Assembly (NCBI GenBank): GCA_001642005.1
Contig: LWCA01000015.1
Coordinates: 23,165 to 87,164 of the forward strand
Reading direction: 5' to 3'
Source: Intoshia linei
Lineage: Eukaryota > Animalia > Orthonectida
DNA: 64,000 nucleotides
The notes below the pieces were generated by a model. It searched no databases. It saw only the letters and a list, made by a program, of their open reading frames with translations, and was not told the origin of the DNA. Position 1 is the first letter of the stretch, and each line of letters begins with the position of its first letter. A program made the position numbers and the translations under genes. Shown here one piece after another: positions 52,234 through 64,000 of this stretch.

Positions 52234-54607
52234 TTATTGATTAATTTGCATATCATGTTCTTCAGCTTCTTGTTTTTGTAAATCATCATCTTGTCGCATA
52301 AGATCATCATATCCGCTTGGATTTAAATTGTATTTACTAGATATAAAATTGCTAGCAAAGATTAGAGCCGTGCCATCGAAAATTAATTCACCCAGCATTT
52401 TCCACATGTCTCTTTGAGGGATGAGATACCAACCACTTTCGCCTTTCATTTTGTTTAGAATTATTCCAAAAAACAGATAAATCAAGACACAAATATTTAA
52501 TCTAAATTTTTTACAATAATGTTTACGTATTATTTAACGTCATACATATTTCAAAGTTTAAATTATTAACTGTAAATTGTAATTACAAAAAATATTAAAA
52601 AAATTACATTATTACTGAAAGAAAAGATAGGCTGATAGATAATTGAGGAGGTTCATGTAAATTATCGCATATTTCTTTTGCATATATAACAAATATATAT
52701 TGATTTTGAAATTGGCTAGTAAGTTCCATTTTGCCCTAAAAGTATCCAATTTAAGTATTATTTTGTTATCAGTTGTACATCAAATGTGTTCTAAATGATA
52801 GGGTGGGAAAATATTAACAAGTGTAATCCTTACTTATATAAAATGCTTTGTTTGTGTGTGTTATCGTTTATTTCAATAATTACGAATCTTAGAATTTCAT
52901 AAAGTTCACATTTCTATTACAGTTTTTTCTGGGAGTGAAAGTAAAATAAATATCAACCTCCGAAATTCACATCTTAATTGTCAAAACCCCTTTTTTCCAT
53001 TTTTTTGGAAAATCAAACAAGTTCGAAAATTAAAAAAAATATATACTCTGATACTTTTTGCTTACTGCTATTTTGACAATTTTTAGGAGTTACTATTTTA
53101 GCTTTATTTTTAAGATGATACACTCATTATCTCTAATAAATTGAATAAATGGGATCACAAAAGTGTTTTTAAAATTCAATATAAAAATTCTAACCAAATA
53201 AAATTAAGTGGGAATTATTTATTTTAAATTAGAAGGTAATGTGAAATTTTAGTTTAAGAATGACTTCTTTAAATGATGTTAATAATGATAATAATAATGA
53301 ATAGCATTTTTAATTAAGATTTTTTTCGTAGAATTAGATAAGTCCGCCCTCGGAACAGCTAGGTGCTGTTTGTGCGTAGTACAAAACAGCCAACCTAGTA
53401 CTAGTATAATAATAGGTACATACTACAATACCTACATGTACAACCTTATACCATTTTTAATAAAAGTTTAACGGACCGAACAGGATGAAAAATATTTCTG
53501 TGAACTGAAGTTTGTACTTCCATCTGAGCTTTCAGAAAAATCAGTATAGAATATAATTCATAAAGTTTAAATATTTGCAAAGGTTGTAAAACTTTTTTCA
53601 ACTATTTACTTGTGTCAATGAGCTTTATATACAAGTGTTTATAAATGGCATTATAAATCTTTCGAATAAATTAAAATTGGGCCATACAGTTGAATTTTTA
53701 ATCATAATGTATGGTTGAGTTTAAAAAATTACATCTAATGATTTCTGCTTTGTGCATACAATGTTGATGACTGCTGATTTTACAGAATTCACTACTTCGT
53801 AGTTTTCATTTCGGTAAGATAAGGTGGTTGTATAATCTGAATAAACGATTATTAATTGTATACATTTCAATCATATTTATTTACATACATGAAGGCAGTG
53901 TTCGCCAAAGTGGCTGCTCGAGATGTTTATGTTTTATCTTTGAAATTGTTTTATAAACCAATTTTCAGATGGTATAGTATTTTGTACGTTTAAACAATTA
54001 TAAAATAAATTTTCCTTAATTTTACGAAATTTTGTAGTCCTGCAGTAATGAAATTTTAAAAAATGGGCGATCACTGCATCAAATACATTAAAGAAAATAA
54101 ATAGTTGACTTAATAATTCAAATTTTAATTTAATAGTATAGCAAAAAAAATAGATACGTGTATTTTTCAAAATACGATTGTTCAAATAATGAAAAAGTTC
54201 AATAATTATAAACAAACCTGATTTATTAATATCAGCATTATTTAGTGATCCCAAATATTGAACACCAGTTCGAGTAATCTTGGCTTGATTGTTATTTTTA
54301 ATGTAGTATGCACCAATACCCTGAGTTCCAGGGTTAATCAAATTATCATTTTCAGATTTAACATTAGTGCATATTGCAACATAAAACTTTATAGAATCAT
54401 CGGGTGAATTATATTCATACCTATAAAAAGTAAATTATTTAATAAATTTAAAAGATACTGTCGCCCTATTAGTAATTTAAATTTTGGGTAATCGTCTAAG
54501 TGTTTTTGTTGTTTAAATTTACACTTGTGATCGATCTCTTCTTTAGCAAAAAAACCATTGATTAAATAAAAAACCAGATATTTTATTAAAATCATATTTA
54601 GATTCAT
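52234..54607 (-). CDS. M6PR: Cation-dependent mannose-6-phosphate receptor / ATG27-like protein, multi-exon
   Basis: Signal peptide, an MRH-like lumenal part (KFYVAICT, YLGSLNNADI, AVINIVC, LYAKEIC), a TM segment, then GESGWYLIPQRDMWKMLGELIFDG (compare CD-MPR [24 protein letters not shown]) and an acidic tail. Confidence 0.72.
52828..53398 (+). mobile_element. Short complete non-autonomous Helitron in an M6PR intron
   Basis: 5' A|TCCTTACTTATATAA, a GTTTGTGTGT tract, 3' hairpin GCTGTTTGTGCGTAGTACAAAACAGC, then CTAG|T. No TSD. Confidence 0.8.
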
Positions 54608-55498
54608 CTAATTTTGTTAGGTAAATATAAATTATACACCTGTATAAACATATTTAATAAACTTTTAGTTATTTAAACTAAGTTTATCAGAATTAAAATT
54701 TGAGGAAATTATTGTTTTTACTTTGTTTGATTTTTATATGCTATCATGTTACATGATTTATTTAGCCATTTAATTTTAATTTTCTTTAATTTTGAATAGT
54801 CTTGTCATGAAAAATTGTTAATCTAATCAGGACCCAATCTATCGTTCTCGAGACTCTCTTTGAGGTAATGGAGGCATCAACGAAATTTTTGTTATATGAT
54901 ACTAAGTATATATTTAAAATCTAAGTCAATGATATATGACAATTTGTAAGATATCACCGGTGTATTTTGTAATAAATTTGTAATTCGCGGGCCCGATAAA
55001 ATTCAATTCCGGGTCTTAGTCTGGTTGCCACTGCCCTAAGCTACAGTGTAGCTGCTGTTTGTACGAAGTACATAGTCAAGCTAGTTAGTTTATATGCATT
55101 ATAAATGATTTATAGTTGTTTAAGTGTCTCCTGTCTAACTTGTAATTTTATACCCATTCAAAAATCAAATGTATTGAAAATGAAATTTTACAATATATTA
55201 ATTACTCATGTAATAAATAACCATTTCTAAATGTATACAGTTGAAATGTCGAATTAGAATTATATTTATAATTTGACATTCACTCGATATTTAAATAAAT
55301 CCATGAATGATTGACAAATAATATTCATAAAAATCATATAATTACACGTTTAAAAAGTTAAAAGCGTATTTTTACCAAGAAATTAACAATATTCAATAGA
55401 TCGTAAATACATTTAATCAATAGTGTAAATTAAATTGATATTCATTAATATATGGTAGATATTGAATTTACAAAGCAACATTTAATTGTATTAAATAC

Positions 55499-58037
55499 TT
55501 GTATTTATTTGATTGTTCATTAGTAATGAACCGCTACCAAGATGGAAATATTAAAAGTCAGACTAATTTTGTTAAATTTCACGCCAAATGTACTTGTACA
55601 AAACAATATGCTTTGTTACAAAGCAACTATCACCCTTATGAAATTATTTGCGTGTGTTACAATAATAGTAATTTAATGGTGCGCAGTATAACAAATCAAC
55701 AGTCAAATCATAATGACAGTTATGTGACTGCAGTAATGAAACTCATTAAATTCATTCCTACTTAAATTATCAACATTGATCATGAATTTAATCCAATTTT
55801 TTTTGGTCTGTACTCTTTTCAGCTTTTTGTTTTATGGAAGATCAGGTTTTTTATTATATTTAAAAGTGTACATACAATTATTATTTGGATATGACAAATT
55901 ACTAGACATCCAACCTATATTTTGTATATTCATGAAAGATTGATGGATTTTTCAAACACAGTATTAATATTTGTCATGTTTACTACAAATCAGTTAGGTA
56001 ATAAACCAATACAGGTCTCCTCAAATAACGCGAAATTTAGTTAACGCGGTAAAAAATAAATTTAACGCGAATTTTAAAATTTTCTTAGTAGTCGAATTTA
56101 CATTTTCAAATCGTATTCAACAAAAATTTTATTTACTATACAAATAACAATATTTGATATCTATAGAATATTGAAGTGGAATTTCAAACCAGATTTACTG
56201 ATTTTGATTTATTAAACCGATATTAGAGCTTTGTTATAATATATGGGCCAGAGACGTGCCACCAGAGGAGGCCGTGGAGGTGGGGCCTCCCCTGAGTAAA
56301 TCGATATTGAAAATGTAAACTTTTCTTATAAAACAAGTTTAAAAGTTTTTAAAATATAATCATTATAAATTTAATTCAATACTAATTCATAGTATTTTAT
56401 TATATTACCACACTACTTGGCATTATTCTATTTTAATTTTTTTAGAAATAATTGTGTATTAATTATTCTCAATATCTTAGATTGATGAAATAATCATGTA
56501 AAAATTTTATTAATATTGCGTCCCGCGAAATTTGTAAAATTTATTTTATGGCAGTCACTAGCCATCCTGAGGTGAATTATTAAATTATGATAATAAAATT
56601 ATTGTGATAATAAATAAAATATTATAATAATAAATTATTATTAATAATAACTCAATAATTATTGAGTTGAGTTATTGAGTAACTCGTTTTTAAATTATTA
56701 ATGTTTTTAATGGTTGAATAATCACTTGAAACGCAGTGTATACTTCAATTCAAGAAATTTATAAAAAGCGTCATCGTACACTATAAACATTATGACTTAT
56801 TATCGTACATTATCATAACGTCATTATAATTGACATAAATTATAATTATTCATTTATTAAAGAGTTACGTTTAGAACACCATCAAAAAAATTGTAATTAC
56901 TTTTTCTATTTTTATTTTCATAAAATTACTATTCAACGGAAATTTACTAAAAAGCAAACTTGACTGTATTGTGCTTCCTACAAACAGTAGTTAATAGGTC
57001 TGTCAAGGGTTTTCAATTTAACTAACCAAACATTAAAAGTAATCTTACATACACATCTCAGTTACCAAACATTTTATTATTCATTTTATCAACATTTTAA
57101 ATTAAACCTTCCAAACATATTTTAACCCGGTCTGTCATTTTATATTACATTAAAATGTGTATACTAAGAAACATCATGAAAAATTTATATTACCAACTTG
57201 AAATAGTTAATCCATAATCAATATTAAAAAATATTTAGAAAATTCAAAATTTGAAAAAAATTTGACAAACAAAGGACCTGATTACTGTTTATGTGGATGT
57301 ACGTTATATGAAACAGCAGGAATAATACACAGTAGTTTATTGAAATGTTTAAATCAAAATGTAATTTGGAGATTAATTTTTCCGTTTTCCTACTCTGGAA
57401 TGGTAAAAATTAAAATTAAATTTACAAAAGTTGAAATTAATCAACAACCAATTGTCAAAACTTGGATGAAGATTAAAAATGGCACGCAAGTTAATGCACG
57501 AAATTTGTTACTTATAGACACAAACATGCATATTTTTGAAGAAGATGAAATGGTACATATCATTTCTAACAATTCTTCACTAGATGTTGGGATTCCAAAT
57601 AGACATAATATACACAATTATATTTTTATCAAATCAACGGATTACATTGTAATTGAATTTATTCCACCTTTTAATCATTTTTTTGCCAATCAAAACGAGT
57701 TTCAATTTACAGCTACATATCAATTTGAAGGTTTTTAGTGTTTCAAAATATTTTGTTGCTAAATATACTTATAATAATAATGAATTTAGAAGTTTCTGAA
57801 GATGTATCTGTCATAAACAAAGAAAAAAACGAAAAAAGATCTTTAACAAGAATTGAAAAATTGAATAACAATAATATCAAATTTGTTTTCATAATAATTT
57901 TGATTTTTGTTGTAGCAGCCACAACTTTGTTTGCTTTGCTATATCGACTACGTCAAGTAAAAGTACAAAAATATAGATCTACTCTCCATTCAAATATAGA
58001 AAACAGCGTTTATTCAAAATTCCAAACAATTATTTAA
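55499..58037 (+). CDS. Type I membrane protein with a divergent CUB domain and an upstream Cys-rich (WSC-like) exon; 5' end uncertain
   Basis: 57262-57735 reads CGCTLYETAGIIHS...VIWRL...DYIVIEF...FTATYQ (CUB pattern). 57790-58037 has TM FVFIIILIFVVAATTLFALLY followed by basic residues. The 55499-55720 block (CTC...YALLQ...CVC) is linked only by inference. Confidence 0.5.
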
Positions 58038-58417
58038 AATGAAAATAGTAATTATGTTGGAATAATTGTATATATAATAAAGTATATTTTATATAACAGT
58101 GTTTCCGACTTTAGCGGATCTACACTAAAGAAACAAATGTCAATTTTTATTTAAATTTACATTCTATATCAAGGGTTCTCAATATTTTTTTCAGAAGGGC
58201 CACATTTTATCAATATGAAATTTAGAACCATCGCGGGCCACAATTTTTAGTTTATTGATAGAAAATTTATGAAACAGAATGTAAATCCACTTACTATACT
58301 TTTAATTACTTCATTTATTCTTAGACTCGTGTAAATTAATCAACTCGTCTTGAGTAAAGTAAAGTCAATGAGAAAATTCTTGACGAATATAGTAAATCTA
58401 TTTATATTTAGCAAATA

Positions 58418-58589
58418 CAGTAATGTTTCGATTATAAATAATGTACAACGTTAAATTTTAGTTTATTTAGAAACAATTTTAAGCCAAAAATATTTTTTGG
58501 AATCATAGATATGTAATTTTGACTTTACATTTAACTCCAAATAAACTAAAATTTAACGTTGTACATAATTTATAATCGAAACATTACTG
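58418..58589. mobile_element. Palindromic MITE with Tc1/pogo-like ends
   Basis: TA|CAGTAATGTTTCGATTATAAAT.ATGTACAACGTTAAATTTTAGTTTATTT is mirrored at the right end; TA TSD. Confidence 0.8.
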
Positions 58590-58879
58590 TATGCATTTTA
58601 AAAAAATCATTTATATTTGAAATAAACTAATTTTTCAAAATAACCATAATGGTTTAATGATTTTTATTATCGTCAATCGAAAATGGATATACCACGAGAA
58701 ATTAAAAACGCAAATTTTTGATTGCAAATCTGTATCAATGTACAATAAATGGCATGAAAAATTTGTCGAATATACGAAGAAAAATAATATTGAAGAGAAT
58801 TTAAACTCAATTCTAATATATTTTTATTATTTTTATTAACAATAACAAGAAAAATTTTTATTAGCATCTTATGAGGCAT

Positions 58880-59735
58880 TGTATTATATTACCAAAACGA
58901 GTAAGCCATCTACTTTACCATTAGCGATTAGAATAAATGAAGTTATTTTCGGACAAAGTTACGCTAACGAATTAAAAAAAATTTAATTTTCAAATGACAC
59001 TGTTAGAAGGATTACACATATCAGCAAAAAGCAGTTAGATCAACTCATTGTGAGGGTTCAAAATTCGAAATTTGCAATTCAGTTGGACGAATCAACTGAT
59101 ATTAAAAATATGGCACAACTTTTAGTGTACGTAAGATATTCTTATAATAACAGCTTCCATGAAGATTTATTATTCTGCAGATCGTTAAATGATTACACGA
59201 CGGAAGAAGCAATTGTTGAAATTGTTGAGGCGTTGTAAAAGTTGATGAATTTTTCAATGAGTTCGGTATTAAATGGAATAATTGCATCGGTATTTGTACT
59301 GATGGTGCAGCTGGAATGACTGGTAGACTGAATGGATTTTATTATAAAGTTAGATCAACGTGTATTAATTCTATTAATTTTACTCATTGCATGATTCACA
59401 GAGAAGCGCTCGTCTCTAACAAAATTTCAGAAAATTTAAATTCTTTACTAGACTCCACTAAAATCATTGATTTTATAAAATCTCGTGCGCTTAATACGCG
59501 ACTTTTTGCAAATTTATGTGATTCTTGATTCAAGAATTTGCAGTTATTTCAGCTGATTTTAGTGTTAAAATTCTATTTAAACAAAAATAATTGGATACTT
59601 TTTGGCTTTTAATGGAGAAAGAATTTCCATCTCTATCAAAAATTGGTATAACGATTCTTCCGTTTTCTACCACTTATCTATGTGAATCAGCTTTTTCAAA
59701 GATGACCGCAATAAAGACAAAATATCGGAACATAA
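58880..59735 (+). mobile_element. hAT (Buster/Charlie, ZBED5/SCAND3-like) transposase relic
   Basis: [76 protein letters not shown], with frameshifts, stops and an internal deletion. Confidence 0.9.
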
Positions 59736-59739
59736 AAAT

Positions 59740-60038
59740 GACCTTTATCGTACACTCAGCATACTAGAGAAAGCAAATCTTACAGTTAAACCATCAAAAT
59801 GTTCAATAGCAACAAAATAATTCAAATTTCTCGTACATATAGTTAATCAAGACTACATAAAAGCAGACCCCGAAAAAATTAACTCAATATTAAACCTACC
59901 AGCTCTAGAAAATATTAAATCTATTCGACGCTTTATAGGAATGTGCAACTATCAATCTAAATTTATAAAAAATTATGCAAAAGTAATAACTCCACTTCAA
60001 GAAATGTTAACAACTAAATCCACATTCACTTGGACTAA
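59740..60038 (+). mobile_element. Ty3/gypsy pol relic, 5' piece (RT C-terminus)
   Basis: ANLTVKPSKC...KFLVHIV...ADPEKI...IRRFIGMCNY..KFIKNYAKVITPL...FTWT. Confidence 0.88.
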
Positions 60039-62729
60039 TCCTAACTTATATAAAAAGCTATGTCTGTGTGTGTTAACTTTATTTAAATAACTACCCGTCT
60101 TAGAATTTTTTAAAGACCACATTTCAATTACAATTTTTTTCGGGACGTATATTAAGATATATTTTAACCTCCCAATTTCACATCTTAAGGGTCAAAAACC
60201 CCTGTTGTCCCTCTTTTTGAAAATTAAACGAATTAGAGAATTTAAAAAAATATATACGCTGATGCGGATTTTAAAATCATGAACATTATCATAATTTTAA
60301 ATTTATATCTTCAGGGCCAAAGCCCCAAATTACCCTTTTTTTTAATAAAAACAGCACTAGAATTTAAATAAATTTACAGGTGTTACAGTTGTATCATGTT
60401 AACACACATAAAAAATTTTAATCGGAATAAGTGACGACTTCACGGTTAAAAAAACATTTTAGTATTCATATTTTTTTTTGAAATATTGTATTAAAACAAA
60501 AAATATGAAATAATTAACAGTCCGAAAATTTAAAAAAAGGATTATTCTGATAGAGCTTATTCCAGTTGATATAAATACAAAATTTCAACCCCAGAAATAT
60601 GCGCATTCCTGGTGAAAAATAATTTTTAATATATTATCAACCAATATTTTTCAAATATTTCGATTAAAGACAAAAATTGAAGATGTAAATATTGATCCTA
60701 CAATTTCAAAAAAATGTGTATTGTGCGTCTACACATTTCCAATGAAGACATATGTGAAAATCTATATAATTCATTCCTTCGGAATTTTTTTCATTGCTAC
60801 GCAATTTTAACACTACAGCAACGAATATATAAAATTAAATTTATATTAACTGAAATGTTATTTTTTTTATTGATAACACTGTCCAACATTGCAAGAAGAA
60901 ACTAATGTAACATATTAAAATAATCAGCTAATTTTTGTGATTCTAACGATATACATATTTTTATAATTGAAGATTTAAAAATGGTGATATTTTAATTAGT
61001 AATTTTATTATTCTATTAAATTTTTACCCATAAAAAACAGTGACATGTTTTACATGTCAAATAAAGTTTTTATTACATCTTTCAATTAATTAAAGCGATG
61101 AGTTAATTTTATATTGCATTCTCACGAAACATTTAAACAAGATTTTAACCAAGAATTACAATGTCGAACACGTATACTACAGACTCACTGCGACCATTAT
61201 AAATTTTTCCTATTTTCAGCGACACTAAATTAATGGCTGGTATACTAAATGGCCCACAAATTGGAAAACTATTAAAAGATGCACATTTTCGATCTACCTT
61301 TAAACCTGAACAAAAAGATGCGTTTAATGCTTTGGAAAATGTAATCTCATTTTTTCTTTGAAACAATCGATCTGAAAATTACAAGGATTTAATCGAAGAG
61401 TTATTGATAAAATACCAAGAAATGAACCGCCTTTATAGCATAAAAATGCATTATCTAGAATATCATTTAGATTTCTTTGCGGTATGTGGTCAGACGAAAA
61501 GGGTGAACAATTTTATCAAACTATGATGTTATATGAAAAACGTTTTAGGAGATGTAGATCATTAAATATGGTTTGTGATTTTGTTTGGTGGTCAATAAAA
61601 AATAAATTTTAAATTTATCTAATTATTACTTTTTTTATTAAATATTTTTAATTGATACCTTCTTATATCTTAATTTTTGAAATGTATGTCTATCACTTAA
61701 ATCCTTGATATTGAACAAGATTCATCTAGGGGTAACCCGAAACAGTTGATTTTACGTGTAATGTAAGTACTACATCCAGAAAATTTTTATTTCATATTGT
61801 TTGTCAATGTTGCCTTAAAATTAAAGGTAATTAAATAATTAATGACAATTTTTTTTATACATATGTAGACGTGTATGTCTATCTGTCAATTTTACCATTT
61901 GTAATATACAATATTAATTGTAAATAGACCTCACGGTGGAGTGTATTCCTTTAAAAAAAAAATTTTGACACTTAATTAAATCCAAAGTCGATCTTGAAAT
62001 TAATAAATTTTTTTTTAAAATATATGTATACTGGTTCACTTACATATAACAAAATTTTCGGTCAATTTATCGAAATTTTGTTGGACAGTGTATTTGTTAC
62101 AAATTTAACATAAAATGGTAATAAGTGTAGTGATAATCACTATCGTGTAATATAAGATAAACAAAGTTAGTGTATAATTAATATTAAATTCTTCCAACAC
62201 AATCTTGTATAACCTTATATCAGTTCCTTCATACAGGTAATATTGCTACAATAAGAAAAGTAACATTCACAAGAAAAAAGGCTAAAAGTATGGACAAATT
62301 TTTAACATTAATCATTTTTATATTACAAACCTTTGCAATAATGGTAAAATTCGACTGAAGATTCAATTAACTATTTATAAACAATTGGTATTTTAAAGTA
62401 TTTATTAAATTGATACTGAATATATGTCATAACATTGAAAATGACAAAATATGTTTTTATAATTTTATTTTTTCTAGAATTTATGCTATTTATGACTGTT
62501 TTTACTTTATTTTTATTATTACATACATTCTGTCTAATAAATTAAAAAAATGGAATAACAATTGTTTTTAAATTCTTTACGCAAATGTTAACAAAACAAA
62601 AAATTGATAATAGTTAATAGAATTTATAGTTAGATTTTCAACGTGAATTTATTTTTTTGGTATAATAAAAGAGTGCCCTCGCAGCAGAGCTAGGTGCTGT
62701 TTGTACGTAGTACAAAACTGCCAAGCTAG
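60039..62729 (+). mobile_element. Non-autonomous Helitron inserted in the gypsy pol relic and itself interrupted by a Chapaev3-like element
   Basis: A|TCCTAACTTATATAA start; end CTGTTTGTACGTAGTACAAAACTG...CTAG|T. The pol sequence resumes right after 62729. Confidence 0.85.
60877..62090 (+). mobile_element. Chapaev3-like transposon with a transposase C-terminal relic
   Basis: Termini TAA|CACTGTCCAACA...TGTTGGACAGTG|TAT. 61230-61590 reads GILNGPQIGKLL...SIKMHYLEYHLDFF...SDEKGEQFYQ..YEKRF...MVCDFVW, with stops and a frameshift. Confidence 0.75.
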
Positions 62730-63040
62730 TACACGTATAGTCTTTTAAACAGCTATTACTTACTGAAGCGCCTATACTAACTTTCCCTGACCCCAATCAA
62801 CATTTTATACTGGAAACTGACGCCTCAGACGTCGGAATCGGTAGTATATTACTATAGTAAAGCTCTTTCTCCGGCTCAACGTAATTACTCAACAGCAGAC
62901 AAAGAATTAACTGCTGCATCCACTTCAATTAAAAAATTCCGCCACCTACTACAAGGAAAACACTATAGGGTCATCACCGATCATAATCTTTTTGTCCACA
63001 TGGTAAACTCAAAAAACTTATCTAAACGACAATTGCGTGA
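62730..63040 (+). mobile_element. Ty3/gypsy pol relic, 3' piece (RNase H)
   Basis: [28 protein letters not shown]...AQRNYSTADKEL...KKFRHLLQG....ITDH. Confidence 0.88.
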
Positions 63041-63131
63041 CAGCATTATTGATCATTCATTAATATTGATAATATCAAGTAATAAGACATTACAGAAAAT
63101 TTTTATAATAAAATAGTATAGTAAATGTTTT

Positions 63132-63269
63132 TTATTCTATTTCTTCTTGCATATCTGCATGTATTTGTTTACAAACCCTCAGATTGTATTTGCTCCAAAT
63201 GAAGGCCACGTGATTAAATCCTTCAAATTCTATGCGTTTTTTAAGATTACTTCCTTTGAAGCATGTATT
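63132..63269 (-). CDS. Probable terminal exon of an acid-lipase-type alpha/beta hydrolase; the rest is not seen in the window
   Basis: NTCFKGSNLKKRIEFEGFNHVAFIWSKYNLRVCKQIHADMQEEIE* resembles the catalytic-His motif (NHLDFIW) of LIPA/LIPF. An AG acceptor is at 63270-63271. Confidence 0.5.
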   Translation of the reverse strand, partial: NTCFKGSNLKKRIEFEGFNHVAFIWSKYNLRVCKQIHADMQEEIE

Positions 63270-64000
63270 CTAGGAAAATATTTAATATTTTATACTATAG
63301 AGTAGTATATATTATAATATACAATATACAACAGGGGTCGGCAACCAGTGACGTACCAGTGTTGGAATATACATATTACCTAATTTAAAATTAGTATGCA
63401 AAATATAAATTCGAACTACGGTTTTGTAGAAGGATTATTGGATTAAAATTTTAAAAATAAATACTGATCAACCAGTCTATCATAGTCAGATATTAATTCA
63501 ACATAAAAATAAATATATTATTATAAAGCAGTTAAAACGAAATATATGCATAATTTTAAAAGATAAAATTGGTTCCCACAACCCCAGTTAAGAATGAAAT
63601 GCTGCAGAATCTACCAATATTACGAAATAAAAACATTTTCTGGTATAAACACCATAAAATGTTTTCTCGGAATCATAAATGATTTATATACATTAGGGTG
63701 TCACACCCATCAAAGAATCAAGGGCAATTAGCACTACAAGTGTGTATTTTTAAAATAGAAAAACTAATTCGCAATCAAAAACATTTAACTCTATCTATTC
63801 GAGTTTCGTTTGTCATTTTAAATATCACTTTATAAATATTATGGAGAAATTAAAACTGAAGTTTATTTTAACGGAAATTGGCGTTTGAGCCTTTAAACGT
63901 GGTACCGCCTTTATAATACTGTTCTCCACGTTTAGTTATACAGTTTTTTTTTTTAAATTTGTTTCTAGCTCAATTTTTTTGGATTTTATTAACGATTTAA

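Noticed and set aside
1-64000. Non-standard genetic code
   Set aside because: The conserved genes translate cleanly with the standard code once micro-introns are removed, and TAA, TAG and TGA are all used as stops.

Overview
Very AT-rich eukaryotic (animal) genomic DNA with two scaffold gaps (N at 24550 and 35135). Genes are compact and split by tiny GT-AG introns of about 30-50 nt. The few large introns and the intergenic spaces are filled with non-autonomous transposons. Recognisable genes: an NCKX/SLC24 exchanger (5' end outside the window), POLD2, FCP1/CTDP1, Derlin-1, SSX2IP/ADIP, GINS1/PSF1, a NIM1-like kinase, a GLUT8/Tret1-type sugar transporter, EXOC8, TMEM55/PIP4P, the last exon of MTIF2, the 3' exons of tropomyosin (two alternative terminal exons), RPL17, a dual HMG-box protein, PGAM5, the cation-dependent M6P receptor, a CUB-domain membrane protein and the last exon of a lipase. 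The tropomyosin C-terminus is of lophotrochozoan type; with the micro-introns and divergent proteins this suggests a reduced spiralian parasite such as an orthonectid (inference, not verified). Mobile DNA: an abundant non-autonomous Helitron family, hAT MITEs with exact 8-bp TSDs, piggyBac-, Kolobok- and Tc1-like MITEs, Chapaev3-like elements, a hAT transposase relic and a gypsy pol relic, with a multi-level nest at 58-63 kb. I found no convincing new multi-gene system. The best leads are a LIM/CRIP-like relic nested antisense in an SSX2IP intron, two MITEs with a shared core but different termini, loss of the CX5R arginine in TMEM55, and a probable mis-scaffolded 10.6 kb contig. All family assignments come from manual translation and recalled family motifs, not from database searches.
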